Shown: positions 25,697 through 38,094 of the stretch, piece by piece
Numbering within the stretch: the first letter of the stretch is position 1
Layout of the letters: each line of letters begins with the position of its first letter
Assembly: GCF_963921235.1 (NCBI RefSeq)
Contig: NC_086109.1
Location: forward strand, 13,146,001 to 13,210,000
Origin: Mobula hypostoma
Lineage: Eukaryota
Direction of reading: 5' to 3'
DNA length: 64,000 nt
The notes under the pieces: model-generated
Told to the model about the DNA's origin: nothing
The model's input: the letters and a program-made list of their open reading frames with translations, nothing else
Database searches by the model: none
Made by a program: the position numbers and the translations under genes

Positions 25697-26080
25697 TTGG
25701 GTGACGGAGTGGAGAAATGATCTTACCAAAGGAGGTGTAAAGCGCTTCTTCCCTCCGCTACACTTAGGGAAGGTGTAGCACCTGCTTGGCAGACCCACCC
25801 CAACAACAACCAGGGTCACATGGAGCCATGGGAGCAGGTGGTGGATGGTTGTATGAGCAGCTGATGCATGTCACAAGTTCTGGTTATGGAAACACTGACA
25901 CCAGGCAGACAGTCTCTGAAGAGTATTGATAATTGCTGGGGTCACCTGCTTTGTAAAGACACTGCCCAGAAGAAGGAAGTGGCAAACCATTTCTGTAGAA
26001 GAATTTGCCAAGGATAATCATGGTCATGGAAAGACCATGATCACCTACGTCATACGACACTGCACATAATGATGATGATG
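25697..26080 (+). mobile_element. SINE-like dispersed repeat
   Basis: Homologous copies at about 29000-29345 (-) and 42820-43148 plus 45946-45975 (+). Ends in a (gat)n tail. Confidence 0.65.
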
Positions 26081-29000
26081 AATTAACCTACCAATATTCA
26101 CGTCCTTCAGATGTGGGAGGAATCCAAATCACCCAGTGGAGGTCCACACAGAGATGATGTGCAGACACTACCCAGACAGAACCAGAAGTCAGGATTGAAC
26201 CGGACTTGCTGGAGAGGTGAGGCAGCAGCTCTACTAGTTGTGCATTACACCATCAATGTGCTCATTGAAAGAAAGGCTTACAGGTCTATAGGTTGGCTAG
26301 TTCCAAGCTAATGCTGGATGAGCTATCCTTGTTCTATCCTTACAATTTTTGACCATTGCAACTTTGGACTACTTCAGAGGGCCTTGCTGTGGGTCTGCAG
26401 ACCAAATGAGGACAGCAGATTTCATGCCCTTAAGAGCAATAGCGAACCAGATGGTGTTCCTATATTTATACCTGTTAGGGGGCAGCGTACAAATAAAATC
26501 AACATAGCTAATTGGTGCATGTAAGTCCTTGCACTGTTTTAATGAGTTTTTAAATTAAATTTTCTGGATGAATTGAAGGCTAGAGATGAAACTTGTATCC
26601 AAAAAGACTCATTTATTAGCTACTTGAATTCCATTTACCACCGTTCGTCCCTTCCTCTGGTTCATTTGTAACTTGCTTCTAATTAACTGGAGTTTGTGTT
26701 GGATATCCTAATACTCGAACTCTTCAAGTAATTTTGGAATAAAATACAAAATAACCTAATAATTATTATTTATATAATAAATTTTAAGAAATAATAAACA
26801 CAAGAGATTCAGCAGATGCTAGAAATCCGGAGTAACACACACATACGCACACACAAAGCTGGAGGAACTCAGCAGGTCAGGCAGCAGCTAGGGAGAGGAA
26901 TAAAGATTCAAAGTACATTTATTATCAAAGTATGTATAAATTATACAACCTTGTCTGCCTCCAGGCAGCTGCAAAGTAAGAAACCTGAAAGAACCCAATT
27001 AAAAAAAATAAAAGACCAACCCTCAAGTCGCAGAGGAGAAAAAAAAACACAAATTACGCCAACAACAGAAGTGAGCAACAGCATTCCGAACCAAACTGAG
27101 TCCTTAGAATCAAATCCCTGGAGCAGCCCCGGGTAGACGTAAAGCCTCAGTATCCGTTCATGATATTAGCAGGGCAAATCACCTTGAAGCTCACAGACAC
27201 GAAGCACAGCAGCCCGGGGTAATCTCAGCGCCATGGGGAGAGAAGTGAACGTTGCAGGAAAGCAAGCAAAATCAGCCCCACTCTCGCCTCCGCTCCTGAC
27301 ACCCAGCCTTTCCAGTCTATCTAGACCAGCGTTTAGTTGATGTTTCAGGCCAAGACCCTTCCTCAGGATCCTTCACATATTAAATAATAATGTAATGTAA
27401 TAATATATTGATTATAAAGTTCTGGCTAAATTGTATCCCATAAACACAAGTTTCTTGGCCATTTACCATCTTGGTGTTTCTGGAAGCTTGGCTGCATACA
27501 TTGCAATAGAGATGTCAGTCCTTAAAGCACTTCATTTGCTCTAAATTATACTGGGACATAAAAAAGTGCAGGGTCGATACAAGTTTTTTTTTATTCATGT
27601 TGCTTCTGTGGGTGCCACTAACTTATCCTGTGGTAGTTTGCACTAACGTCTCACTCCTGTCAGATTGTCAGATTTTGTTGATGGAGGCTAACGATTTGCT
27701 TGAATAGTGGAGGAACCACCCCATACATGTGTGTGAGGCTACAGGTTCTTTCTGACAATCACTATAATACATAGGAGCAGAATCAGGTCATTTGAGTCTA
27801 CTCTGACATTCAGTCATGGCTGATTTATAATCCCTCTCAAACCCATTCTCCTGCCTTCTCCCTGGTAATCTTTGACACCCTTACTAATCAAAAATCTATC
27901 CACCTCCACCTTAAATGTACCCAATGACTTAGCCTCCACTGGCTAAATAAAGATCTTCCTTCTATTCTGAGGCTGCGCCTTCTGGTCCTAGACTTCCTTG
28001 CTCCTCACTGACTTGGAGGATTCTAGGACCAATGACTTGACCTCCACACAGTCTGCTGACAATGAATTCCACTCCAGGTGGCTATGTATCAAGAGATGTG
28101 ACTCGTGAGCCAATGCTGCTGGGACACAAGCCAGGGTCAAATCAACCCTGGTTGGGTCACTTGGGTGAGGGTGTCTGATGTTGAAAGACCCAAAACACCT
28201 GATGACCCAGGTTGCATCACTGATAATGTGTCCCAGTGCATCCTAGGATATATCCCAGTATCACAGATTCACTGCTCTCTGGCTAAAGAAATCGTGAAAA
28301 CTTTAAGCTCACGTGCAGAAATTCAAGTACTTTCAAACTTGTTGTCTTGACGTTTGACCAGGCTTTTCTTTTCAATTTGAGTCTTGCACTGTGTGACAAG
28401 TGTTTCACTTCAAGCATACAGATGTCTGTTCTTTAGTCATAAACTGCTCGTGCTGAGATTAACGTTTCCAGAATCAATTTAAGTTCTCATCAGCTGTCTT
28501 TAAACTTAAGGTCTTTTAGATTCCAGTAGTGCAGAAGACAAGATAAAACTGTAGCAGGTTATCGCTATCCAGATGTTAAAATGTCTGGAAATGTATGGAG
28601 AATGCATTCAAACTGAATAAAGTGGTCTGAATTTGTAGGATAGTGGAGTGATATCAGGTGTGTATTGAAGACAGTAAGAAAAGTAAACAGAAATATGTGA
28701 ACCCTCCTCCCATACATCTTTGCCTGTTTAATTATTAAATAGGTTCATGGCTGATCTCTTCCTTGGAGACACAAATCATGCTCATGGAGTCTTTTTTCAT
28801 GCTTGCACATGCCTTTGAAATCCTTGGACCCATCCCCATTAAAGTGCATTCATGTGAGAATCTGTTTCAAATGATAAATACAAGGGCTTCCTGTTTATGG
28901 ATGATCTAACTTACGGATATCCAATTTAATAGAAATGCTTCCATACATTTTTAAAGCATTTTACAAGATCGTTTGTTCGTTATGTGCTGTGCTCTATGAT

Positions 29001-30572
29001 GGTGGCCGATCATGGTCTTTCCATGACCATTATTGTTCTTGGCAAATTTTCCTAGAGAAGTAGTTTGCTATTGCCTTCTTTTGGGCAGTGTCTTTACAAG
29101 ATGGGTGACCCCAGCTATTATCAATACTCTTCAGCCTGGTGTCAGTGGTCACATAACCAGGACCTGTGATATGTATCAACTGCTCATACGACCATCCACC
29201 ACCTGCTCCCATGGCGTCGCATGACCCTGACCGTGGGGCTAAGCAGACGCTACACCTTACCGAAGAATGACTTATAGGCTGTGGAGGGAAGGGCGCTTTA
29301 CAACTCCTTTGGTAGAGACGTATCTCCCCACCCCCCTCCACCCTATTTACAAGATAGTCATCATAATAAAATTCTTTGTGGTGTTCGATAATGACTGAGA
29401 ACAACATATTTCATTAGTTTAATTTGGGTAGTGTTAGGGTGACTATTCAGTGAAATTAAATAATTATAGTGTGTGTATTCAGTGTGTTAGGATATGGGTA
29501 ACTATAGAAAGTGAATGTTTCTGATTTGCAGAGAAACTGGCAAATGGGAACTTCTCAGTAATAGATCACATATGAAACATGGGGACTGCCTGTTCATCTA
29601 CAGGGAGGGTGTTTGTGTGTTCTTTCAATTGTTCCAATAATCTACTTGAATCTCATTTACCATCCCCAACCTACACTTTGGACAGCTGTGCCTCAGTCCA
29701 AAACTCAGTGGTTGTACTTCCCAAAAAATGAATATTCCAGCAAGTTTAACAAGCCAAGCAGGAGACTCCCCATGGAAGCTCCTGGTCTAGAGTGCAATGA
29801 GTCTTGGTGATTGAATACTTAGCATGAGTGAAAGGATGAGATCCGAACAGACTGCTGAAAACGCTGATGTTCAATGCAATTAAATGGTGAACAAAGCCTT
29901 GTAGTTATTTGCCAAAGCTCCATCTCAGAGCCTCAGAGTCACATTAAACAAAGACAAGGCTAGTGGGCACAAGAGAGTACAACCTCTTGTGGTGCCCCTT
30001 CAAGTCACACAACATCCTGATTTCCAAGCATGAGCATTAATTTCTTTAACTTCCCGTAATGTCTCCCCCACCTCCCCTTCTCTCCTTTTGCATTCCTAAT
30101 TCCAGCTCTCTTCTTACCCCTGTTCTTTTTCTCACCTACCTATCACCTACTCTGGTGCCCCTCCTTCTTCCCTTTCTCCCAAGTCCATTCTCCTATTAGA
30201 TTCCTTCTTCTTCAGCCCTTTATCTTTTCCACCTATCGCCTCCCAGCTCCTCACTTCATTCCCCCAATCCCACCCACCCACCTTCCCCCTCTTTGCCTAT
30301 CACCTGCCAGCTTCTGATTCCACCCCCATCTTCTGATTCTGGTTGCTGTCTCCTTCCTTTCCAGTCCTGATAGAGATGGCCCGAAATATTCACTGTTTAT
30401 TCTTCTCCATGGAGGCTGCATGCCCTGCTGATTTCCTCCAGCATTTTGTGTGTGATGCAAACATATCAGCACCCCTTCCTTATTTGTTACTGAGGCCGAA
30501 TTCTGGAATTCCCTCCCCGTTAGTAATAATGGGTGCACCTTCATCCCATGCACCACGGTGTTTATTGCTGTA

Positions 30573-31436
30573 CACTCAGTGGCCCCAGTTTTAGGTACCT
30601 CCTTTATCTTGGCACATGGCCAAGTGGATAGGGCGTTGGGCTCACGATCTGAAGGTCGTGGGTTCGAGTCTCGGCCAAGATCAAGGTGTTGTGTCTTTGA
30701 GCAAGGCACTTAACCATACACAGCTCCAGTCCACCCAGCTGAAAATGGGTACTGGTAAATGCTGGGGGTTAACCTCGCAATAGACTGGCGTCCTATCTGG
30801 GAGGGAGTCTTGTACTCTCAGTCGCTTCACGCCACAGAAACCAGCATAAGCACCGGCCTGATGGGCCACAAAGGCTCGGGACAGACTTTGACTTTTGACT
30901 TTATCTACTAAAGTGGCCACTGAGTGAATGTTCATGATCTGCTGCTGTAGCCCAGCCACTTCAAGGTTCAAGATGTTGTACATTCAGAGATGCTCTTCTG
31001 CACACAACTGTTGTAATATGTGGTTATTTGAATTACTGTTGTCTTCCTGTCAGCTTGCACCAGCCCGGCCAATTTTCTCCATCCTCTCTCATTAACAAGA
31101 CATTTTTGTTCACAGAAATGCCATTCACTGGATGTTTTTTTTTCATTTTCATGCCATTCTCTGTAAACTCTAGATAGAGTTGCGCATGGAAGTCCCAGGA
31201 GAACAGCAGGTTCTGAGATACCCAAACCAACCTATCAGTCAATAACGATCATTCCATGGTAAAATCGCTTGGATCACTTTTCTTCTCAATTCTGACGTTT
31301 GGTCTGAACAACTCTGAACCTCTTGACCATATCTGCATGCTTTTATGCATCGAGTTGCTGCCACATGATTAGCTGATTAGATATTTGCAATCACAAGTAG
31401 ACATTTAAATGTATCTAATAAAGTGGCCACTGAGTG
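30573..31436. mobile_element. Tc1-like non-autonomous element with nested SINE
   Basis: TA|cactcagtggcc...ggccactgagtg|TA termini. Decayed transposase N-terminal HTH-like fragment on the minus strand (ISEPAVLLGLPCATLSRVYREW). Confidence 0.75.
30610..30898 (+). mobile_element. tRNA-derived SINE, full length
   Basis: A-box tggccaagtgg, B-box ggttcgagtct, and a (gacttt)n tail. TSD ctttatct at 30602-30609 and 30899-30906. Confidence 0.8.
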
Positions 31437-32324
31437 TAAATGATGGTTAGAATTAGAAATTAAAAGTAACTGCTGGTCTTGCAAGTGATGCCCACATCCC
31501 TTACATCACTGACTTTGTGGTTCTGTCTCCTCTCTCCGTTGGGAGTGTGATTCTTTCTCGAATGCATTTAGCAACTTGGAACAGCAGTTAGTACTCGAGA
31601 GGATATGGTCAAAGTACAGATCTCATTGGTAAAAGAACCACAGACAATAGTTATTGGTCTTGGGACTTTCAGGACAAAGCCTGTCACAATAAATCAAGCA
31701 GCCTTGAATATAACAAGACAAGAGGCAGTGAAAAGGTAATAGATTATGACCTTCACTAAACAGACCTTCCAAACAGTTTAAATATATTCTATAAATAGAT
31801 TGAAGACAAGGTAGAATCTGAATCACTTCTAATATCACCAGCATTTGTCGTGAAATTTGTTAACTTTGCGGCAGTACTATGCAATTCATGATAATATAGG
31901 AAAACAGCTGTGAATTACAGTAAGCATATAAATTAAACTAAATAAGTTGTGCAAAAACAGAAGTAAAAGAAAACTAGTGAGGGAGCGTTCATGGGTTCAA
32001 TGTCCATTTAGAAATCGGATGACAGAGGGGAAAAAGTTGTTCCTGATTCGCTGAATTTAGTCCCTTCGAATAAATTGAGGGAGTTGTAGCAATTAGTTAA
32101 TGAAACATTTACATATTGCTCGATGAAAGGACTCCGAGAAACCACAGAGGAAGTATGACCACAAAGTGTTTCAGTGCAAATGTCAAATGCCTCAGTAGTA
32201 GCAACCTGGCTTCTGAATCAATAGATTGTGGTTTAGAGTCTCACTTAGAATTTCATTTGGCTAATAGTTCTTTGCAAGAACAATCCATCGAGTCTCACTT
32301 ACTGATTTTCCCCTGAGGCCCTGT

Positions 32325-32328
<4 letters not shown>

Positions 32329-32368
<40 letters not shown>
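32329..32368. repeat. (CT)n microsatellite
   Basis: Perfect CT run. Another lies at about 62436-62470. Confidence 0.95.
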
Positions 32369-32371
<3 letters not shown>

Positions 32372-32674
32372 AACTGCCTAATTTCATTTTGAAAATGATT
32401 CTGGCCCCGACGAAGGGTCTCGGCCTGAAACGTCGACTGTACCTCGTCCTAGAGATGCTGCCTGGCCTGCTGCATTCACCAGCAACTTTGGTGTGTGTTG
32501 CTGGCCATTCACTCTTGACACCCCTAGTTACTTGCAAATCATCTTTAATATATGTCCTTTAGCTTTCATCCTTTTGCCAATAAAAATCATTTATCTTTAT
32601 TCATTTTGTGAATATTAGGTAAACTAATAGTTATTTGCATCAAATCATCATGCAATCTTCATAAGATGGGGTAA

Positions 32675-33065
32675 GAATTCAGCAGGTCAGACAGCAATCT
32701 ATGACGAGGAATAAACAGTTGACATTTCATGCTGAGACCCTTCACCAGGACTGGAAAGGAAGGGGGAAGGAGACAGAATGAGAAGGTGGGGAGAGGAGAA
32801 GGAGTACAAGCTGGCAGGTGATAGATGAGACCACTCACCCACTTCCCCCTCAGCTTGTTTCACTTAACACTGCAGGCTTATACTCTATTCCCTCCTCCCA
32901 CCTTATTATTCTGGCTTCTTTCCCTTCCCTTTCTAGTCCTGATGATGGGTCTTGGCCTGAAGCTTTGACTGCTTATTCCTCTTCATAGAAGCTGCCTGAC
33001 CTGCTGCGTTCTGATATTTTGTGTGTGTTGCTCTGAATTTCCAGCAACTGCAGAATCTCTTGGGT
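32675..33065. mobile_element. Older, diverged palindromic Penelope-end derivative
   Basis: Inverted arms with degenerate hammerhead motifs at about 32717-32752 (-) and 32935-32970 (+). Confidence 0.6.
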
Positions 33066-33901
33066 TTATTATATCTCAGAATCTTCTCTTTTCTAAGGCT
33101 AGCAGCTCTAGCTTCTCAGATCCATCTGTCCCTTAAAAGGTTCAAAGGTTCATTGACGACCAAAGTACGTATGCAGTACACAACTCTGAAATTCATCTTC
33201 TCCAAACTCCATTTACTAGCCTTTTATTGCAGTCTCTCAGGACTTCATCTCTTCCTGCAGACATCAGAACTAGATGATCTGATGCTTCAGTTTCGACTGA
33301 AACAGTGCTTTGTTGGGATTTAATGCAGCCTCTTGCTCCGCCTCTCTTTATCCCCAGCCCCAAATCCTGGACGTACTTTAAAACTTTGAACTATTGTTTT
33401 GAGCACACTGTCAAACTATCTGTCCTGAGGGATGTTTGGTCTTTCTTTGGATTTTTCGGTGAGATTTAAAGCCAAGTCCTAATCTACCCTTTCAAGCAGA
33501 TGTTACCGCTTTAACGATGAGTCAACATTTATAACTCAGTCACCTCTATAGAGCATGAGACCATATGCAGCAATTGGGTACTCGGCTTCCAGAATTAGAA
33601 TGGTGATGACACTTTAAGGTCACATAATTTCTCATAAAACCTTTTAATGTGACAGGCATTAGATGAAAGCATGTTCTTGTTTTCAAATGCTCCAAGTTTT
33701 CTTCTTAATCCATTTATTTCAACACATTGTCATGTGTCCTGAATAGTTAAGTGTAATAATTGGGTGTTACTTGGTGCCTTTTATATATTAGATAGCTTAA
33801 CTCGCTACATAAACAGCAATTTCTTGATTTAATTTCCTCCTTCATTCTACCTTCTTTAAAGATTTGTTTTAGGAGTTAATCCTATAGGGTTTAAACTGAA
33901 A

Positions 33902-34134
33902 AAAACAAACAAGAAAATCTGCAGATGCTGGAAATCGAAGCAACTCACACAAAATGCTGGAGGAAGTCAGCAAACCAAGTAGCGTCTATGGAAAAGAATA
34001 AACAGTCGACGTTTCGGGCTGAGACCCTAATGAGTCCTGAAGAAGGGTCTCAGCCTGAAACATTGACTGTTTACTCTTTTCCATAGATGCCGCCTGGCCT
34101 ACTGAGTTCCTCCAGCATTTTGTGCGTGTTGCGT
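33902..34134. mobile_element. Palindromic Penelope-end derivative near the GNAT2 exon 1 donor
   Basis: Inverted arms. 15-bp TSD gggtttaaactgaaa at 33887-33901 and 34135-34149. Confidence 0.8.
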
Positions 34135-34269
34135 GGGTTTAAACTGAAATTCATTTAAATAAAGATTAGTAAACTAGCATAGCTTTGTTTAATCAAAATA
34201 AAATTTGCATAAATTATAAATTCATTTTCATTGAAATAAAAGCTTTCCACTTGGATCTCAGATGTCTCA

Positions 34270-34479
<210 letters not shown>

Positions 34480-34584
34480 CTACCTCTTTGCTGTGACTCC
34501 AAAGTTTTGCACGTTAGTAGCCTGCTGTCCAGCCACACTCCTGCAGAGGCAAAGGACTCCTCTCAGAGCTCTCCTCCTTGTTCT

Positions 34585-34670
34585 TCTGACTTATCCCTCT
34601 TCCAATTTAATCTCTTGGTTGAGATTATGGAATACAAGCAACCACCTGAACAGAGAAATCCAATTAAAAC
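34585..34670 (-). promoter_or_regulatory. Putative GNAT2 proximal promoter with inverted pair of K50 homeodomain (CRX/OTX-type) sites
   Basis: TAATCTC (34608-34614), ttggtt, GAGATTA (34621-34627) form an inverted pair about 215-235 bp upstream of the ATG of a photoreceptor gene. Function is inferred. Confidence 0.5.
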
Positions 34671-34691
34671 TGAGGAGATCAGAAGGTCATA

Positions 34692-35958
34692 CAGTGGCAT
34701 GCAAAAGTCTGGGCACCCCGGTCAAAATTTCTGTTACTGTGAATAGCTAAGCAAGTAAAAGATGACCTGATTTCCAAAAGGCATAATGTTAAAGATGACA
34801 CATTCCTTTAATGTTTTAAGAAAGATTACTTTTTTTATTTCCATCTTTTACAGTTTCAAAATAACAAAAAAGGAAAAGGGCCCGAAGCAAAAGTTTGGGC
34901 ACCCTGCGTGGTCAGTACTTAGTAACACACCCTTTAGTAAGTATCACAGCTTGTAAATGCTTTTTTGTAGCCAGCTAAGAGTCTTCCAATTCTTGTTTGG
35001 GGGATTTTTGCCCATTCTTCCTTGCAAAAGGCTTCTAGTGCTGTGAGACTCTGGGGCTGTCTTGCATGCACTGCTCTTTTGAGGTCTATCCACAGATTTT
35101 CGATGATGTTTAGGTCGGGGGACTGTGAGGGCCATGGCAAAACCTACAGCTTGCGCCTCTTGAGGTAGTCCATTATGGATTTTGAGGTGTGTTTAGGATC
35201 ATTATCCTGTTGTAGAAGCCATCTTCTTTTCATCTTCGGCTTTTTTCAGACGGTGTGATGTTTGCTTCCAGAATTTGCTGGTATTTAATTGAATTCATTC
35301 TTCTCTCTACCAGTAAATGTTCCCAGTGCCACTGGCTGCAACACAAGCCCAAAGTATGATCAATCCACTCCCATGCTTAACAGTTGGAGAGGTGTTCTTT
35401 TCATGAAATTCTGCACCCTTTTTTCTCCAAACATACCTTTGCTCATTGTGGCCAAAATTCAGCATCAGAAGTTTGCAAAGGAACATCTAAACAAGCCTAA
35501 TGCATTTTGGAAACAAGTCCTGTGGACTGATGAAGTTAAAAAAGAACTTTTTGGCCATGGATAGACCTCAAAAGAGCAGTGTATGCAAGACGGCCCAAGA
35601 ATCTCACAGCACTAGAAGCTTTTTGCAAGGAAGAATGAGCGAAAATCTCCCAAACAAGAGGTGAAAGACTCTTAGCTGGCTACAAAAAGCATTTACAAAC
35701 TGTGATCCTTGCCAAAGAGGGTGTTACTAAGTACTGACCATGCAGGGTGCCCAAACTTATGTTTTGGGTCTTTTTCCTTTTTTGTTATTTTGAAACTGTA
35801 AAAGATGGAAATTAAAAAAGTAATCTTGCTTCAAACATTAAAGGAATGTGTCATCTTTAACTTAATGCCTTTTGGAAATCAGGTCATCTTTTACTTGCTT
35901 AGCTATTCACAGTAACAGAAATTTTGACCAAGGGTGCCCAAACTTTTGCATGCCACTG
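34692..35958. mobile_element. Tc1/mariner foldback derivative (non-autonomous)
   Basis: TA|cagtggcatgcaaaagt...acttttgcatgccactg|TA with inverted arms of about 400 bp. Transposase fragments occur on both strands ([15 protein letters not shown] on -, WKQVLWTDE on +). Confidence 0.92.
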
Positions 35959-36488
35959 TATATATTGGACCTGATGTGAATAGACTTTTAAATTCACATT
36001 GGGGAAATACAGCAAATCAAATGTATATAGAACGATCCTACATAGACCCAGTGTATAGTCCCCTAATGCTTCAAGGACCTTTACCTGCACTATTGTATCT
36101 TGGTGCCTAAATCATAAGGTCAAGTGATGTTGGGTTAGGTTGTAGAATTGTTAATTTCCTTGTATTTTTCTTGTAGATTAAATCTCCTATGCTTGGTTGT
36201 ATTTTTATATGTATGTGTAATTTTTCAGCAATTATTACTTGTAATTGTGGTATGGCTGCTTCTGTATTTTTCTAGAAGCTTTAGTTTTTCTGTAACAGGA
36301 GTCACACCACTTGAATCTGGCTGCTTTATAGGCTGCTCCTTATCACTGCGTAGTTGGAATACATAGGCAATGGTGTAACTGGGGAGCCTCACTGTAGCCC
36401 TCATTACAGAGCACTTCAAAGGTCAGAGGCCTCACTTCGACAGCCAGTTTACAGGGCAGCAACCTCGGTGGAGCTGTGTGACCAGGAA

Positions 36489-36862
36489 GTGAGTGAGTGA
36501 GTGAGTGTGTGTGTGTGAGAGAGCGAGAGGGGGGAAGGGAGAGGTAGAGAAAGAAAGAGGTAGAGAGAGAGAGAGAGAGGTAAAGGTAGAGAGAGAAAGG
36601 TAGAAGCAGGGAGAGAGAGAGAGAAAGAGGTAGAGAGAGAGAGAAAGAGAAAGGTAGAGAGAGGTAGAGAGAGAGAGGTAGAGAGAGAGGTAGAGAGGGA
36701 GAAAGACTGAGGTAGAGAGAGAGAGAAAGAGGTAGAGAGAGAGAAAGAGAAAGGTAGAGAGAGAGAGGTAGAGAGAGGTAGAGAGAGAGGTAGAGAAGTA
36801 GAGGTAGAGGGAGAGGTAGAAAGATAGAGGTAGAGAGGGAGAGGGAGAGGTAGAGGGAGAAG

Positions 36863-36911
<49 letters not shown>
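36489..36911. repeat. Long purine-rich (GA)n/(GAGAGGTA)n tract
   Basis: About 400 bp of nearly all-purine plus strand. Confidence 0.95.
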
Positions 36912-36913
<2 letters not shown>

Positions 36914-36929
36914 CTCCTCAACCAAATCT

Positions 36930-37562
36930 TCAACATCAAGACTATCAAAGTTTACGGTGGGATCTGGACAGCTGGAAAAATGGGCTGAAAAAATGGTAGA
37001 TGATATTTTATGCAGACGTGTGTAAGGTGTTGCACTTTGGGAGGGATAGAGGTCCATAATTCATTGAATGTGGAGTCACAGACAGACAGGATTGTAAAGA
37101 AAGTTTTTGAGCACATTGGTCTTCGTAGGCCAAAGTATTGAGTACAGGAAATGGGACGTTATGTTGAAGTTGTATAAGACGTTGTTGAGGCCTAATTAAA
37201 AGTATTGTGCGTAATTTTGGTCACCTACAGAGAAGATTTACAAGGATGTTGCCGGGACTGGAGGACCTGAGTTATAAGATTGAATAGGCTACAACTTTAT
37301 TCCCTAGAATGTAGAAGAATGAGGGGAGTTTTGATAGAGGTTTACAAAATTATGAGGGGTATAGATAGGATAAATACAAGCATGCTTTTTCCACTGAGGT
37401 TGGGTGGGACTGCAACTGTAGGTTATGTGTTAAGGGTGAAAAGTGAAATATTTAAGGAGAACATGAGGGAAAACCTCTTCATTCAGAGGGCTGTGAAAAT
37501 GTGGAACAAACTACCAGTTCAAATGGTGGAAGTGATTTTGATTTCAATGTTTAAGAGAAGTT
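36930..37562 (+). mobile_element. CR1 LINE fragment, decayed
   Basis: Peptide LYSLECRRMRGVLIEVYKIMRGIDR. Confidence 0.8.
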
Positions 37563-38094
37563 TCTTCCCTGCAATCTCTGTAAATGCAAACTTCTCAACG
37601 AGTTCCGAGACCCACTTCCTGCCAAGAGTTCAGCAGAGGGAAGATTATCACAATTTCACAGTAAAAATCAAAACCAGGCCACCAAAGCCTCATGAATTTT
37701 AATAAGCCGATGAAACCTGATTAAAGCCTTATACTCTCCGGCAAGCTTTAGTGGATTGGTTGCCCTTGGTTGCTGTCAGATGTGATCAGCGCTGCCTTTG
37801 GTGTTGGTGTCAAAGCTTCTCACAGTCAAAGAATATGTTATCACCTGCACTGTCAGTCCATGTAGGAGCTGGCCACAGATAAATTGCAATAAGGGGGAAG
37901 GAAGCGGAGGAGAAGCGACCAAGCCAAAAACATACACCGGGTCTAATTATTGCCTGCCTCTAAGCAATGATTATTGTTTGTAGAACTATGTCCTTGGCTC
38001 CTGGTAATGACAGTTTGGCTGTGAAGACCTGTTCGATGACAGATTTTTGTTTGAGAACAGTGCTTTTTAGTTTGTTAAAATTCCCTTGTCACAT

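Noticed and set aside
28165..28200. Hammerhead-like CTGATG...AAAC in a HERO-like UTR
   Set aside because: The core is incomplete (CTGATGT, CAAAAC) and stems cannot be formed convincingly.
30611..30680. tRNA gene candidate
   Set aside because: A and B boxes are present, but it continues into a SINE body with tail and TSD, and no convincing acceptor stem is seen.
36315..36350. Minus-strand GATAAG...CCTATAAAG as a distal GNAT2 TATA box
   Set aside because: It is about 1.9 kb from the ATG and beyond the Tc1 element, with no supporting exon evidence; short motifs like this arise by chance.
36343..37057. Two Leu/Ser-rich ORFs of about 200 aa
   Set aside because: Translations of the GA/CT tract.
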